DNA from: Patescibacteria group bacterium
GTDB taxonomy: Bacteria; Patescibacteriota; Patescibacteriia; UBA1558; GWA2-36-10
NCBI GenBank assembly: GCA_041665505.1
Contig: JBAYIR010000002.1
Location: forward strand, 75,602 to 139,601
Direction of reading: 5' to 3'
Length of the DNA stretch: 64,000 nt
The position numbers and the translations under genes are program-made. The notes beneath the pieces are model-generated. The model did not search any database, had not been told where the DNA came from, and saw nothing but the letters and a program-made list of their open reading frames with translations. Every line of letters begins with the position of its first letter. Within the stretch, counting starts at the first letter, position 1. Positions 32,094 to 40,775 of the stretch are shown piece by piece.

Positions 32094-33702
32094 GGATAGA
32101 AAACAAAACAAAATTTTAGATAAAATAGTACTAGATCTTTATGAGTATAAAGATTCTAGCGAACTTGAGTTTGTCAAAGCTTTGCGTCAAGTATTTTCTC
32201 GCTACAAAATGACCCCAACTGCTAAAGCTAATATTATTGTAGCATATAAAAATTTGATTAAAAAGGGAAAGTTGAAGGCCAATAAAAACTTTGCCGATCG
32301 CCTGGTTAAAAGAGCCGTGCGGACTATGAGTGGTGTTTCGGTCATTACTGTCTTGTCCAAGCCCTTTGTCTGCCCTGGTAAATGCGTTTATTGCCCAACT
32401 GAACCAGGCATGCCCAAAAGCTACTTGTCCAATGAACCAGCCGCTGCTAGAGCTAAGATGAATCTTTTTGACCCAATCAGACAGGTGACTATGCGTATTC
32501 AGGCTTTGGAAAATAACGGCCACCAAGTAGATAAACTAGAACTACTTATCCTAGGCGGCACCTGGTCTGTTTATCCAGAAAAATACCAAATAGAATTTGT
32601 GCGTGATCTTTTTTATGCTGCCAATACCTTTGGACAAAAACGCAAGAGAGCTGCTCTATCTCTAGAAAAAGAGCAAAAAATAAATGAAAACACCAGATAC
32701 AAAATTATTGGTTTGACTCTGGAAACTAGACCAGATTATATAAGCCCTACTGAGCTCAAAAGAATGAGGACTCTGGGTACTACTCGCGTCCAATTGGGTG
32801 TCCAGCATACTGACAACAAAATTCTTGATTTGATAGTGCGTGGACATAGTATTGAGCAGTCTATCCAAGCTACTAGGCTGCTCAAAGAAGTGGGCTTAAA
32901 AGTAGATCATCATTATATGCCAGATTTACCCGGTTCCAGTCCCGCCAAAGATTTGAAAATGATGAAATATGTTTATAGCTCCCCTGATTTGCAACCAGAC
33001 CAAATAAAAATATACCCTTGTGTGGTCAATGAATATGCTGAGCTAAACAAATGGTATCAAGCCGGCAAATACAAACCCTACTCTGCTAAACAATTATTGG
33101 ATTTACTTTTAAAAATAAAAGAAATTACTCCGCCTTGGATAAGAATCAACCGTTTGATTAGAGATATACCAGAAGAAAGTATTATTGCTGGTAATAAAAT
33201 CACCAACCTCCGTCAATACTTACAAACAGAATTAAAAAAACAGGGCAAATTTTGTCAGTGTCTCAGATGTCGAGAAGTTAGAAATGATAGTGAAAATAGT
33301 GCTAAGGCTATACTAGTCAAAAGAGAATACCGTGCTTCTTTGGGTGATGAAATATTTATTAGTTTTGAATCTGAAGATAAAAAAATACTCTATGCCTTTT
33401 TGAGATTAAGATTCAATGACCAAAAAGATGAAAATATTTTTGCGGAATTAAAAAATGCTTCACTAGTCAGAGAGCTACATGTCTACGGCAAAATGATTCC
33501 AATTTATAATGAAGATCAAGATGACGAGCTGTCACAAACTCAACACCTAGGCTTTGGCAAAAGACTAATGGCTGAAGCAGAGAAAATAACTAAAGATAGA
33601 GGTCTAGCTAAAGTAGCAGTTATTTCTGGCATTGGGGTAAGGAACTACTACCAAAAACTGGGCTATCAGCTAGAAGGCACTTATATGACCAAAAAACTCT
33701 AA
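32092..33702 (+). CDS. elp3: tRNA uridine(34) carboxymethyltransferase Elp3 (radical SAM plus KAT)
   Basis: RTMSGV, CPGKCVYCP, GGTW, ETRPD, VRELHVYG, QHLGFGKRLM and VISGIGVRNYY motifs. Confidence 0.95.
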   Translation: MDRKQNKILDKIVLDLYEYKDSSELEFVKALRQVFSRYKMTPTAKANIIVAYKNLIKKGKLKANKNFADRLVKRAVRTMSGVSVITVLSKPFVCPGKCVYCPTEPGMPKSYLSNEPAAARAKMNLFDPIRQVTMRIQALENNGHQVDKLELLILGGTWSVYPEKYQIEFVRDLFYAANTFGQKRKRAALSLEKEQKINENTRYKIIGLTLETRPDYISPTELKRMRTLGTTRVQLGVQHTDNKILDLIVRGHSIEQSIQATRLLKEVGLKVDHHYMPDLPGSSPAKDLKMMKYVYSSPDLQPDQIKIYPCVVNEYAELNKWYQAGKYKPYSAKQLLDLLLKIKEITPPWIRINRLIRDIPEESIIAGNKITNLRQYLQTELKKQGKFCQCLRCREVRNDSENSAKAILVKREYRASLGDEIFISFESEDKKILYAFLRLRFNDQKDENIFAELKNASLVRELHVYGKMIPIYNEDQDDELSQTQHLGFGKRLMAEAEKITKDRGLAKVAVISGIGVRNYYQKLGYQLEGTYMTKKL

Positions 33703-33724
33703 ACAAAAGAGTGCCTCTATTTCG

Positions 33725-33802
33725 TTGACACAAATTACAAAATATACTTAAATATAGACGAAATGACCTTTCCACCAACCATCCACCCTTTCCCTAAGGA
33801 GG
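33725..33802 (+). promoter_or_regulatory. islet 2 promoter, boxA-like motif and SD
   Basis: TTGACA at 33725-30, an AT-rich -10 region, TGACCTTTCCAC, and TAAGGAGG 6 nt before the ATG. Confidence 0.55.
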
Positions 33803-33808
33803 AAAAAG

Positions 33809-34261
33809 ATGAACCTGAACCTGAGTTGGTTTGAAGTCCAGAGCTACACCGAGCAGGATTTCTTCATCCGTCACCTCAAGCTTGGCTGCCACAGGCAGTA
33901 CTTTCTTCCCAGCAAACGTCGACTCATTCTTGATGTCTGCATCCCCATACTACAAGCCATCCGTGAGGGTAAAGGCATAACCCAGGAGAGCTGGGACCTG
34001 GTCAGGCTGGCTGAGAGTCGTCAGTTCCGACGTTCCGAGATCGAACCAACTATCTGGGACATCTACCAGGAGTTCAGTTCGCCTATGAACAGTCTCAAGG
34101 CTGCCAGATATCTCGGGCTGTCCCAGCGCCACTGCCTTCGCATCATCGCTGGTCTGGCTCGCCTCAACGACAATGTGCACAAGTCCAAGAAGAAGGGCTG
34201 GCAGGTGCCGGTCGTCGCTCTTGATGATTGGTTGATCAAGTATCGTCCGGCCACAAATTGA
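33809..34261 (+). CDS. GC-rich orphan with C-terminal excisionase/MerR-like HTH (islet 2)
   Basis: MNSLKAARYLGLSQRHCLRII..KGWQVPVVALDDWL; strong SD; sampled lines 28/60 and 36/60 GC. Confidence 0.7.
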   Translation: MNLNLSWFEVQSYTEQDFFIRHLKLGCHRQYFLPSKRRLILDVCIPILQAIREGKGITQESWDLVRLAESRQFRRSEIEPTIWDIYQEFSSPMNSLKAARYLGLSQRHCLRIIAGLARLNDNVHKSKKKGWQVPVVALDDWLIKYRPATN

Positions 34262-34273
34262 CCAACAACGATG

Positions 34274-34304
34274 AAGCCGGTCGCGCGCAGCGCGCGACCG
34301 GCTT
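34274..34304 (+). terminator. GC-rich terminator of islet 2
   Basis: Perfect 14-bp stem AAGCCGGTCGCGCG-cag-CGCGCGACCGGCTT. Confidence 0.75.
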
Positions 34305-34376
34305 TAAAATTAATATACAATATTGCATATACGAGACAATATGCTAAACTAAATAGCGTAATTATTATCTACCAAT

Positions 34377-35639
34377 ATGATAAAACTAGATAAAATAGAT
34401 TCACAAATTGCCAAAATATTAACTCAGGAATTGGAGCGCCAAAGAAATGGAGCGGAAATGATTGCTTCAGAAAATTTTGTCTCCGAGGCAGTATTACAAG
34501 TAGCTGGCTCAGTTCTGACCAATAAATATGCTGAAGGCTACCCCAACAAAAGATACTATGGTGGCAATGAATTTATAGACCAAGCTGAACAACTAGCTAT
34601 TGATAGAGCCAAAAAACTATTTGGAGCTGAGCATGCCAATGTTCAGCCTCACGCTGGTTCACAGGCCAACATGGAAGCTTATTTTGCCTTGGCTGAACTA
34701 GGTGATACTATTTTGGGATTTTCTCTAGCTCATGGCGGACATTTGACACACGGGCACCCAGTCAATTTTTCTGGCAAATTTTATAATTTTGTCAGCTACG
34801 GTGTAGATAAAGAGACCGAAAGAATAGATATGGAAGAAGTCCGCTCTCAAGCTATTAAACACCGCCCAAAAATAATCTTAGCTGGGGCTAGCGCCTATTC
34901 TCGCCAAATAGATTTTAAAGCTTTTAAAGAAATAGCTGATGAAGTCAAAGCTTATCTAATGGTAGATATGGCTCATATTGCAGGACTAGTAGCTGCTGGT
35001 CTTCATCCTGATCCAATTCCTTATGCTGATGTAGTCACTACTACTACTCATAAAACTTTGCGCGGTCCAAGAGGAGCAATGATACTATGTAAAACTAAAG
35101 ATAGACTAGATCCTAATGGTAGGAAAACTCTCGCCCAAAAAATAGACAGTGCTGTTTTTCCAGGTATGCAAGGTGGACCACTGGAGCATATCATTCTAGC
35201 TAAAGCTGTGGCTTTTGGCGAAGCCCTAGAACCAGCCTTTAAAGACTACCAAAAACAAGTTATTAAAAATTGTAAAACTCTGGAAAATAAATTCCGCCAA
35301 GCTGGAGTGCGAATGGTTTCAGATGGTACTGATAATCATCTCTTGATGATAGATGTTACACCACTAGGTTTATCGGGTAAAGAAGCGGAGAATTTACTAG
35401 ACAAGGTTAATATTTTTACCAACAAAAATATGATTCCTTATGATAAGCGGACTCCTTTTGACCCCTCAGGTATTAGACTGGGTACAGCTGCACTTACTAC
35501 TCGCGGTCTGAAAGAAAAAGAAATTGAAATTGTAGCTGATATATTGATAGAAACTTTAAAAACCAAACAAGCTAGTAAAAAAAATAAGCTCGCTATTATT
35601 GATTTAATGAAGCAATTTAAACTATACCCAAAACTATAA
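34377..35639 (+). CDS. glyA: serine hydroxymethyltransferase
   Basis: [21 protein letters not shown] and [13 protein letters not shown] motifs. Confidence 0.99.
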   Translation: MIKLDKIDSQIAKILTQELERQRNGAEMIASENFVSEAVLQVAGSVLTNKYAEGYPNKRYYGGNEFIDQAEQLAIDRAKKLFGAEHANVQPHAGSQANMEAYFALAELGDTILGFSLAHGGHLTHGHPVNFSGKFYNFVSYGVDKETERIDMEEVRSQAIKHRPKIILAGASAYSRQIDFKAFKEIADEVKAYLMVDMAHIAGLVAAGLHPDPIPYADVVTTTTHKTLRGPRGAMILCKTKDRLDPNGRKTLAQKIDSAVFPGMQGGPLEHIILAKAVAFGEALEPAFKDYQKQVIKNCKTLENKFRQAGVRMVSDGTDNHLLMIDVTPLGLSGKEAENLLDKVNIFTNKNMIPYDKRTPFDPSGIRLGTAALTTRGLKEKEIEIVADILIETLKTKQASKKNKLAIIDLMKQFKLYPKL

Positions 35640-36475
35640 TGGACAAAATACTAGATGGCCTAAAATTAGCCACCACCATACAACAAGAAATAAAAGAAGA
35701 TTTGGCCAAAAAAAATATTAGACCAGGTTTGGCTGTTATTTTGGTTGGCGATGACTCGGCTAGTCGACTTTATGTCAGTAAAAAGAAAAAGGCTTGTTTG
35801 GATGTTGGTATTGAATTTCATGAATATTTACTAAAAGCTGATAGTAGCCAAGAGAATATCTTAGAGACTATAGATTTTTTAAATCAAGACGAACAAGTCA
35901 ATGCTATTTTAGTTCAATTGCCCTTACCAAAAAAATTTGACACTGACAAAATAATCAAAGCTATTGATCCCAAAAAAGATGTTGATGGCTTTCATCCAGC
36001 TAATATTGAAAACTTCTTAAAAAACAAAGCTTTGATTACCCCTGGTCTGCCACTGGGTATACTTAGGCTGCTAGAAGAAACTAAAGAAAATCTATCTGGC
36101 AAAACAGCGGTGATAGTATCAAGAAGTAAAGTTTTTTCTAAGCCGATGATAAAAATATTAGAGGATAGAAATATACCAGTATCTTTGGTAAATCCCGATG
36201 ATAAAAATCTAAACGAAAAAACAAAACAGGCTGATGTCTTAATAGTATCCTGTGGCCAAGCCTTCCTCATTAAAAAAGATATGGTCAAAACTGACGCTAT
36301 TATTATAGATGTGGGCACAAATAAAATAGACAAAAACTATGTAGTCGGCGATGTTGACTACACTAGTGTCTTTCCTAAAGTAAAATTCATTACTCCGGTG
36401 CCAGGCGGAGTAGGACCAATGACCGTAGCAATGCTGCTATATAACACTGTTAAGCTACATCAGGCTGGAAAATAA
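35639..36475 (+). CDS. folD: bifunctional methylenetetrahydrofolate dehydrogenase/cyclohydrolase
   Basis: PGLAVILVGDD, VQLPLP, KDVDGFHP and TPVPGGVGPMTVAML motifs. Confidence 0.97.
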   Translation: MDKILDGLKLATTIQQEIKEDLAKKNIRPGLAVILVGDDSASRLYVSKKKKACLDVGIEFHEYLLKADSSQENILETIDFLNQDEQVNAILVQLPLPKKFDTDKIIKAIDPKKDVDGFHPANIENFLKNKALITPGLPLGILRLLEETKENLSGKTAVIVSRSKVFSKPMIKILEDRNIPVSLVNPDDKNLNEKTKQADVLIVSCGQAFLIKKDMVKTDAIIIDVGTNKIDKNYVVGDVDYTSVFPKVKFITPVPGGVGPMTVAMLLYNTVKLHQAGK

Positions 36476-36577
36476 ACACACAGTCCACGTCCTGAGCGAA
36501 GACGAGCTAAGCTCGTCGGAGTCGAAGGACGGAGTAGGACCAATGACCGTAGCAATGCTGCTATATAACACCGTTAA
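36406..36577 (+). repeat. 48-bp direct repeat of the folD 3' end
   Basis: CGGAGTAGGACC...AACACYGTTAA at 36406-36453 and 36530-36577, 47/48 identical. Confidence 0.95.
36489..36530. repeat. nested REP-like palindrome
   Basis: GTCCTGAGCGAA[GACGAGCTAAGCTCGTC]GGAGTCGAAGGAC. Confidence 0.7.
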
Positions 36578-36595
36578 ATTGAGCTTAGCTAAATA

Positions 36596-36637
36596 AAAAA
36601 ATAATCCAGCCCTTCGCGAAGGGCTGGATTATTTTTT
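36596..36637. terminator. bidirectional terminator with CTTCGCGAAG core
   Basis: AAAATAATCCAGCCCTTC-gc-GAAGGGCTGGATTATTTT. Confidence 0.85.
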
Positions 36638-36642
36638 AATAT

Positions 36643-37434
36643 CTAGAGTAATGTATTTTGCCAAGAGCCCATCTTGCCCAATACCTTCATAGTTTTTATT
36701 CTATCTAATTCAAAAACCCGTAAAGAATCCCGTAAGTGACAAAAAGCTTTTATCTTTTGCCCATTGATATTTTGAATATCAATTTTCCTAAATGTAGTTT
36801 GCCCTTTTTCGTCTATATATTCTATTTCCACCTGATCTCCATTGGCTAAAGCTTTTTTTATTTTATCTTCTATAGTGTCACCCTGAGCGTTCCCCCAACG
36901 AGCTACTATTTTTTCTTTTTGTCCAGAATTTTGATACCAAATATTACCGTGAGCTAAACCATATTCATAAACTTCTCGAGTTACTTTGACATCATCTAAA
37001 CAATACCTAATCAAACTATCCCAATCATTACTTCTATAATAAGCAATGGCATCTAAACCTGAACCAGACTTACCATAACCAAGAGTACTTTGAGCCACAC
37101 TTTCCAATTTTAACCTGTGACCTAAAGCATGAACTATTTCTTCCAAAATATCTAAATGCGGAATAGTAAACAAATCAAAATCTTTATAATAAGGTTGAAG
37201 CACAGTCAAATCAAAACTCTTACTATTAAAACCAATAAGTAACTTGGTATTTTTTAATAGCTCCAAAAGCTCACCAAACTCCTCTTCTTTAAAACCACGA
37301 TATTTATCTTTATTGTAAGAATAAATACCAACCAAAGACACACCTAATTTATAACTATTATGATGTCCTCCGACTTCCTCAAAAGTCTTTTTGGTTTCTA
37401 AATCTAATACAATTATATCTTTTTCTTCTTCCAT
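36643..37434 (-). CDS. RNase H-fold (DEDD, RNase_H_2-like) exonuclease fused to a C-terminal WYL domain
   Basis: DLET, GFNSKSFD and YCLDDV exonuclease motifs; EIEYIDEKGQTTFRKI..AFCHLRDSLRVFELDRI WYL-like tail. Confidence 0.75.
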   Translation of the reverse strand: MEEEKDIIVLDLETKKTFEEVGGHHNSYKLGVSLVGIYSYNKDKYRGFKEEEFGELLELLKNTKLLIGFNSKSFDLTVLQPYYKDFDLFTIPHLDILEEIVHALGHRLKLESVAQSTLGYGKSGSGLDAIAYYRSNDWDSLIRYCLDDVKVTREVYEYGLAHGNIWYQNSGQKEKIVARWGNAQGDTIEDKIKKALANGDQVEIEYIDEKGQTTFRKIDIQNINGQKIKAFCHLRDSLRVFELDRIKTMKVLGKMGSWQNTLL

Positions 37435-37463
37435 TTTTTTATTATAACAAATCTAATTACTCC

Positions 37464-39461
37464 TTACCAATCCGATACATCTGGTAAAAAACCATCTGGA
37501 TCAACCACATATTCTATGCCATCTCCTGAAGCATAAGTAGCGCTACGAGCCATAGCATTATAATTTAAAAGTTTAGCATCAATGTCAGCCAAAAATGGTG
37601 ACGGTTTCAAGTCCTTATAACCATCATATCTAAACATAGACATAGGATAGGTCAAATAAAGATAACGGCGAGCTCTAGTTGAGGCCACATAAAACAAACG
37701 CCGTTCTTCTTCTCTTTCTGCTTCACCCACACAAAGAGGATGAGGAAAAGCCATGTCTGTCATATTGATTATAAAAACCGCCTCCCACTCCAGACCTTTA
37801 GCCTGATGGACAGTGCTTAGTATGATATTATCTTCTTTTTTTTCAGACTCCCGACCAGAAAAACTTTCTTGCAAACTTATCTCACTCAAAAATAAATCTA
37901 AATCTTTATAGCCAGCTGAAAAAATTGCCAATTGTTCCAAATCATCCTGGCGTTGACGATAGTCTGTAAATTTTTCTTTCAGCTGCGGATAATAAAATTC
38001 AATAACAATGTTTATCAATTTACTGACATTGTCTTTTTGATTTTTAACTAAATCATCTATGAGCATTAATATTTTCCCCCAGCTCGTACCGGCTTTATCC
38101 GCCATGTTTAGACCCGAATCTCTAAGTTTGGCTAAATCACCCACTTCAACAATCTGCTGATAAATCCGATAAGCTGTGACTGGTCCAATACCTTCTTGCA
38201 TTTGTAAAATTCTTAGCCAGGCTACCTCATCTCTAAAATTTCCTAATATTTTTATATAAGCTAGTAGATCTTTGATATGAGCTCTTTCAAAAAAACGCAG
38301 GCCCCCTCTAATCTCGTAATCTATGCCTCGACGATTCAATTCCATTTCCAAATTTTGACTGTATGAAGCGGCTCGAAAAAGAATAGCTATTTGATCTGGT
38401 TTTAAACCTTTTTCAAAGTGTTGTTCTATTTTATCTACTATAAAACTAGCTTCTTGAATAGGACTAAGTAAAGCTGTTAGTTCTGGCCTGACGTGAGATT
38501 CTCTGACGGCTTTAAGATTTTTGGCAAACTGCTTGGTATTGGCCGCTATAATTTGATTGGCCACATCCAATATTTCTGGAGTGGAGCGATAATTGGTTTC
38601 CAATTTATGAACAGTAGTTTTGGGAAATTTATCAGGAAATTCCAAAATATTTCTAATATCTGCTGCCCGAAAAGAATAAATACTCTGGGCATCATCACCA
38701 ACTGCCAAAACATTATGGTGTAACTTAGATAAATTAAAAATAATTTCCGCTTGAATAGTATTGGTATCCTGATACTCATCAACCAAAATATAGTCCCATT
38801 TTTTTTGTAATATTGGTCCAGCAACTGGATGTTCAGTCAAGGCTTTCCAAAAAACTAAAAGATCATCAAAATCCAAAACATTAGAGGCTCTTTTACGTCT
38901 TTTATATTCACTGGCAATATGTTCTATATTCTCCAAAAGAACCATCCACTCAGAAAATTTTATTTCTAAGCTTTGCTTAATATCAATTCCCGAATTAGTA
39001 GCAAAACTAATAGTCTCTCGAAGCATCCCTGGAGTGGGACGATGCTTGGCTGGTAGAGAACTCAGATAATCTTTGGAAATTAATTTTAGTAAATTATCAC
39101 TATCATCACTATCTAAAATTGTAAAATCAGATTTAATATCAATATATTTACCATAGATTCTTAGTAAGCGATTGGCCAAAGAATGAAAAGTGCCACCCCA
39201 CAAAGGCAGTTTGTCTTCAAGTTTGAGACCTAATAAATTCTTAACCCGATTCATCATCTCCGCTGCTGCTTTGTTGGTAAAAGTCACTAGTAATATTTTA
39301 TCTGGCCTTACTCCTTGATCTAAAAGCCAAGCGGCTCGATAAATTAAAGTACGAGTCTTACCAGAGCCAGCTCCAGCCAAGACTAAATGAGGCCCCTTAC
39401 CAGATGTAACGACCTCATATTGTTCTTTATTTAATTCTTGTTTAAAATCTATAGACTTCAT
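37464..39461 (-). CDS. UvrD/PcrA-family ATP-dependent helicase
   Basis: AGAGSGKT, TFTNKAA, VDEYQDTN, VGDDAQSIYSFR, HQAKGLEW and EEERRLFYVA motifs. Confidence 0.95.
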   Translation of the reverse strand: MKSIDFKQELNKEQYEVVTSGKGPHLVLAGAGSGKTRTLIYRAAWLLDQGVRPDKILLVTFTNKAAAEMMNRVKNLLGLKLEDKLPLWGGTFHSLANRLLRIYGKYIDIKSDFTILDSDDSDNLLKLISKDYLSSLPAKHRPTPGMLRETISFATNSGIDIKQSLEIKFSEWMVLLENIEHIASEYKRRKRASNVLDFDDLLVFWKALTEHPVAGPILQKKWDYILVDEYQDTNTIQAEIIFNLSKLHHNVLAVGDDAQSIYSFRAADIRNILEFPDKFPKTTVHKLETNYRSTPEILDVANQIIAANTKQFAKNLKAVRESHVRPELTALLSPIQEASFIVDKIEQHFEKGLKPDQIAILFRAASYSQNLEMELNRRGIDYEIRGGLRFFERAHIKDLLAYIKILGNFRDEVAWLRILQMQEGIGPVTAYRIYQQIVEVGDLAKLRDSGLNMADKAGTSWGKILMLIDDLVKNQKDNVSKLINIVIEFYYPQLKEKFTDYRQRQDDLEQLAIFSAGYKDLDLFLSEISLQESFSGRESEKKEDNIILSTVHQAKGLEWEAVFIINMTDMAFPHPLCVGEAEREEERRLFYVASTRARRYLYLTYPMSMFRYDGYKDLKPSPFLADIDAKLLNYNAMARSATYASGDGIEYVVDPDGFLPDVSDW

Positions 39462-39524
39462 AATCAGGACTATTATAACCCAAATAAAAAAATAAATCCA
39501 ACTAAAAAATTGGACAAAATAAAG

Positions 39525-39554
39525 GACCGGGCTCCCTGGTGAGAGAGCCCGGTC
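39525..39554 (-). terminator. GC-rich terminator of the pilin islet
   Basis: GACCGGGCTC..GAGCCCGGTC 10-bp stem, followed by CTTTATTTT on the minus strand. Confidence 0.75.
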
Positions 39555-39579
39555 GAATTCCGTGACCGCTAGTCGCTAG

Positions 39580-39996
39580 TTAGCGACGACTGGTCAAGGT
39601 CAGAGCAACGGTATCAGTACCGTAACCCTTGACGACGTAGTCAGTCGGCCGACCTTCGGGGTCAGGCAGAACTTTGACACTGACCTGACCAGGAGAGGTG
39701 GCCTCACCACCGAAACGCGGCTCTGTAGCCTTGCCGGTGTAGGGGTTCTCCAACAGCTTGCCGCCCGGCAGGAAAGGCAGGAGGTCAGCCGCCGCGTCCG
39801 AGTAGAGGCCGTCGTGCCGGACGGCGAAATCCTCCATGGCCAGCTGCACGGTGTGCACCGCACCCTTGACATTGGCCTCCTTGGCCCGGTCCTGCATACT
39901 CATGTAGTTGGGGATGGCGATGGCCGCCAGAATGCCGACGATGACCACGACGATCATGAGCTCGATCAGGGTGAAACCTCTGCGCTTCTGCGACAT
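39580..39996 (-). CDS. type IV pilin-like protein, GC-rich (islet 3, copy B)
   Basis: Class III signal KRRG|FTLIELMIVVVIVGILAAIAIP; AGGAGG SD; sampled line 39781-39840 is 42/60 GC. Confidence 0.9.
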   Translation of the reverse strand: MSQKRRGFTLIELMIVVVIVGILAAIAIPNYMSMQDRAKEANVKGAVHTVQLAMEDFAVRHDGLYSDAAADLLPFLPGGKLLENPYTGKATEPRFGGEATSPGQVSVKVLPDPEGRPTDYVVKGYGTDTVALTLTSRR

Positions 39997-40502
39997 GTCC
40001 TTTTCCTCCTGTGGAACGTCTGAAGTTTGAGATGCTTAGCCAAAGGCTAGCATCCCGCGAAGATGATCAGTTGCCGCCGTGCCAGGTGAGGATATTGATC
40101 GCCTCACCAAAAGCTGTGATGATGTATCTCTGCCTCCCCCCATCGGAAATCAGCTGCACGCCGACCTCCCCCGGAGTCTTGGCACTAGCCCCGAACTGGG
40201 GCTCGGAAAACTGGCCAGTGAAGCCATTCTCCAACATCTTGCCACCCGGCAAAAGAGGCAGGAGATCCTCAGCTCGGTCGGAGTAGACTCCGTCGTGGCG
40301 CACGGCGTAGTCCTCGACCGCCAACTGCAGCGTGTGTGCCGCGGTCTTGGTCTTGTCCGTCTTGGCCGTGCGGTCCTCCATACTGATGAAGTTGGGGATG
40401 GCGACGGCCGCCAGAATGCCGATGACCACGACGACGATCATGAGCTCGATCAGAGTGAAACCTCTGCGCTTCTGCGACATGTCCTTTTCCTCCTGTGGAA
40501 CG
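39947..40502 (-). repeat. 72-bp direct repeat covering the pilin 5'UTR, SD and N-terminus
   Basis: 39947-40018 vs 40431-40502, 71/72 identical. Confidence 0.9.
40067..40480 (-). CDS. type IV pilin-like protein, GC-rich (islet 3, copy A)
   Basis: KRRG|FTLIELMIVVVVIGILAAVAIP; paralog of 39580..39996. Confidence 0.9.
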   Translation of the reverse strand: MSQKRRGFTLIELMIVVVVIGILAAVAIPNFISMEDRTAKTDKTKTAAHTLQLAVEDYAVRHDGVYSDRAEDLLPLLPGGKMLENGFTGQFSEPQFGASAKTPGEVGVQLISDGGRQRYIITAFGEAINILTWHGGN

Positions 40503-40578
40503 AAGCTTAATCAGAAAATTTGAGGATTTTAATCCTCGTGACTCTTTAAGCTAGATTACCTTTCTGTTTCAGGTTGTT

Positions 40579-40632
40579 GTGAAGAACGGGACATTAACAT
40601 AGTATTATATCATATCTAATGCTTTTTGTCAA
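40579..40632 (-). promoter_or_regulatory. consensus promoter and boxA-like motif of the pilin islet
   Basis: TTGACA(40627-32)-17-TATAAT(40604-09) with extended TG; GTTCTTCAC at 40579-87. Confidence 0.8.
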
Positions 40633-40775
40633 TTAAAACATCCTCAAAAAGCTGATTTTACAAGAAATACTAATAGCCTCATAAATATTGCCTTTTTACT
40701 ATCTTTATGCTTTAATTTGTCTTGTTATTATTAAATATATTTCTGCTTAGGCAGGAATGACAGGAAAATATTTTT

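Noticed and set aside
39580-40480. Possible DGR template/variable repeat pair or shufflon
   Set aside because: Differences between the paralogs are not confined to adenines, both have intact ORFs and SD, and no reverse transcriptase or invertase is present in the window
39814-40510. Plus-strand ORFs of 69, 91 and 143 aa over the pilin genes
   Set aside because: Antisense shadows expected in GC-rich coding DNA; the pilin motif and SD are on the minus strand
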